64,000 nt of DNA, from positions 620,001 to 684,000 of the forward strand of contig JBLDXI010000024.1 in assembly GCA_047495785.1 (NCBI GenBank), given 5' to 3'. The notes beneath the pieces were generated by a model, which did no database searches, had not been told where the DNA came from, and was given only the letters and a program-made list of their open reading frames with translations. The stretch comes from Lepidodermella squamata (Eukaryota; Animalia; Gastrotricha). Position numbers and translations under genes: made by a program. Below are positions 61,901 through 64,000 of this stretch, in pieces (position 1 is the stretch's first letter; each line of letters starts with the position of its first letter).

Positions 61901-64000
61901 GATCAAATAGTTTGTGTCTGACGCTTTTTCTCTTTGACCCTGGAATGGAACTTGTTTACCGTTTTTACCGCCCCTGTCTCCTGGAATTCGCACCATAATA
62001 CATCAATTGCCGTATCACGTATCAAGGTCGCCATTAATTATTGTAATAGACAGTTGGATCAACTTCAAAAATAGCGAATCTCGCTCGTTATTGATTTAAT
62101 AATTCGTCTACAGCAATTATTTTTTATATAAATCAAGGACGGCTCTTCTTGTGTCGAAAAGTTAATCTCTATCGAATCTCTGCGCCGGACAGGATGATCG
62201 ATAAGGTGTACACGAATAATTAGGGCGTGAAATTATCAACCAAATGTCAGAAACTTTTCCGATCTGCAGCTGACCAAAACTGCTAGCATCGCTCAATTTT
62301 TTAAATTATAGCTTATATAGAATTTAAAATCATCGACTAGTTGCCAAATCAATACTGTAACGCATGGAAGTATCCAAAGCCAATACGGCGTTTTCCTCCC
62401 TGTGTTTTTATCGTCATTTTTTGCCGTAAGTAATAATTTCAGCGCAAAGCCCCTCAATCATAATCTGGAATATTAGCGAAATTCAGGAGATTCCTATGAC
62501 GTATGATAGCGGTATTTTTTGCGGCTTGAGTTTAAGACTTTATAGTAAAGAGTAGTAAATATCAATTGTAGGCGCTACTTACATCAGTGCCTTCGGCGTG
62601 AAAATTCCCTGATGTGCCATGCGCGTTCTAATGTAAACAAAATAGATAGGCTAGGCACCGAATTGTTGGTTTGTTAACGTTCGAAACATAACATATGCCC
62701 ACTGGTTAAAATCCACAACGCGTTTTTTTTAACGCAGTGTATTTAATATTAATGACTTCACCCTCAGCTGTGCTGGCTTCGAAAAGCCTGTCTCCCCCTC
62801 GGGGAATTCACATTGCACTACATTAAACTTCGTCTAAAGCCTGTGCATTATTACCTTGAAGATATTAGGGTACATCAGGTATATTGGTGTAGCGTGGTGT
62901 CATTGATTATTCTTTTTTATAATCACCCAAACGGCTTTATGAACAATATTATTTCATGACCGATTGATTATTAGTGAGGTCCTAACCCTTTATTCTGATT
63001 GTTTTTTAACGATATATGCGGCGCCCTAACTAAGGAAAACGCATGGGCTTGCAACTACCAGGTACTTTCTCGTCGGAAATGAATGCCTCTACGCAAAGGA
63101 TAGTACTCAAACTTCGTTTAAGTTCACGCAAAATTCATTGGAGACTTCCGCCGCAAAGTCCGGTTTTACCTTCTCCTACTTCTTCGCAATTTGAAAAGTA
63201 AAATTGGGCAGCAATCAGTCGAGACGACCTAATTCTTAATTTTGAATGGAAGATGTTTCCCGAGTCTTTTGGGACGTCGGAATGGAGAAAAAATAGCACG
63301 CAAGCTATACTACCAGAAACCAGAAGTTATAGGGAAATTTATTATTGTAATGCGTTCTGTGGTTTCAAATGTCTGATGTTAGCTGATTTATTCAATGATT
63401 ATAAGGCGGACTTGTGCATATTAATCTGATCTCCCTGTTTTTTATTCGCTTATATGTACATGTTCTACATATCAGCGATAGTAGATTTGCTCCTATTTCC
63501 TTGAGAATTGATCACGATGCTGCATTGTTTTCAGGCAAGCTAATAATATCTCCCCGTAATAGGGACAGGCCCTTCCTGATGTAGTACTCCTGAATGTCAC
63601 ATCCTACTCGCGTTCGCGCTGCGTTGCGAACTTCGAATTAGCCGTTGCATTCTTTAGGCAATTAAAATTAATCCACAGTCTCAAGAGCATGCATGTCTTT
63701 AGGTCAAATCAGCTGATCGACGTTTTTAATAGGTGCGCAGTTCGAAATCTCAATATAAATTGTCCTCATTTTTATTTCGTTACCGAACTTTGTCATTTTC
63801 AATTTCATCAAATCCTGACTGCATTCCGTCTTTTATGTCTTTACGATTTAAGACTTGGGACTAACAGCTATTGGTCCCAAGAAATAAGATAATTCTGCAG
63901 AGACAACGGGCTAAAACCAGTTTGCTTGATTCCTCGCTCAAATCTGCGCTGCGGTTGTATGGAAGCGTCTAACTCAACATGGCCCATTCATGCATTTCCT

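Overview
This is a gene-dense window from a compact animal genome with GT-AG introns of about 50-60 nt. It is probably a spiralian or other non-insect invertebrate (inference; the taxon cannot be fixed from sequence alone). About 24 protein-coding loci can be built by hand-splicing: VGLL4/Tgi (3' end), CDK5RAP3, a glutaredoxin, a selenoprotein thioredoxin-glutathione reductase (C-terminal ACUG, SRE-like hairpin, SECIS), FoxD, HMGCR, CNOT9, ACBD5, PPIG, NPRL3, a short NuMA/Mud/LIN-5-like protein, QARS, PSMA5, a pickel/Mega-type claudin, Prickle, ACAD9, a divergent FANCC-like gene, TONSL, two orphans, FERD3L, an SLC37-like MFS transporter and DNAJB6. There is also a hAT MITE. Main observations: (1) a family of small secreted prepropeptides (3 intact genes and 1 pseudogene), mostly missed by the ORF track, sharing a dibasic-site-flanked two-Cys mature peptide RR-[ML]EKC..[FL]GS..IC....FY[IL]WA...A..[IM][ML].G that I cannot assign to a known family; (2) repeated operon-type junctions (polyA signal, 30-40 nt U-rich spacer, AG acceptor, ATG; stop-to-ATG gaps down to 50-62 nt) suggesting polycistronic transcription with SL trans-splicing; (3) a TONSL + FANCC-like DNA-repair pair under a CDE/CHR motif; (4) a Grx-TGR tandem with identical exon architecture and a cryptic mitochondrial leader. 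All family calls come from motif recognition from memory, not from database searches.
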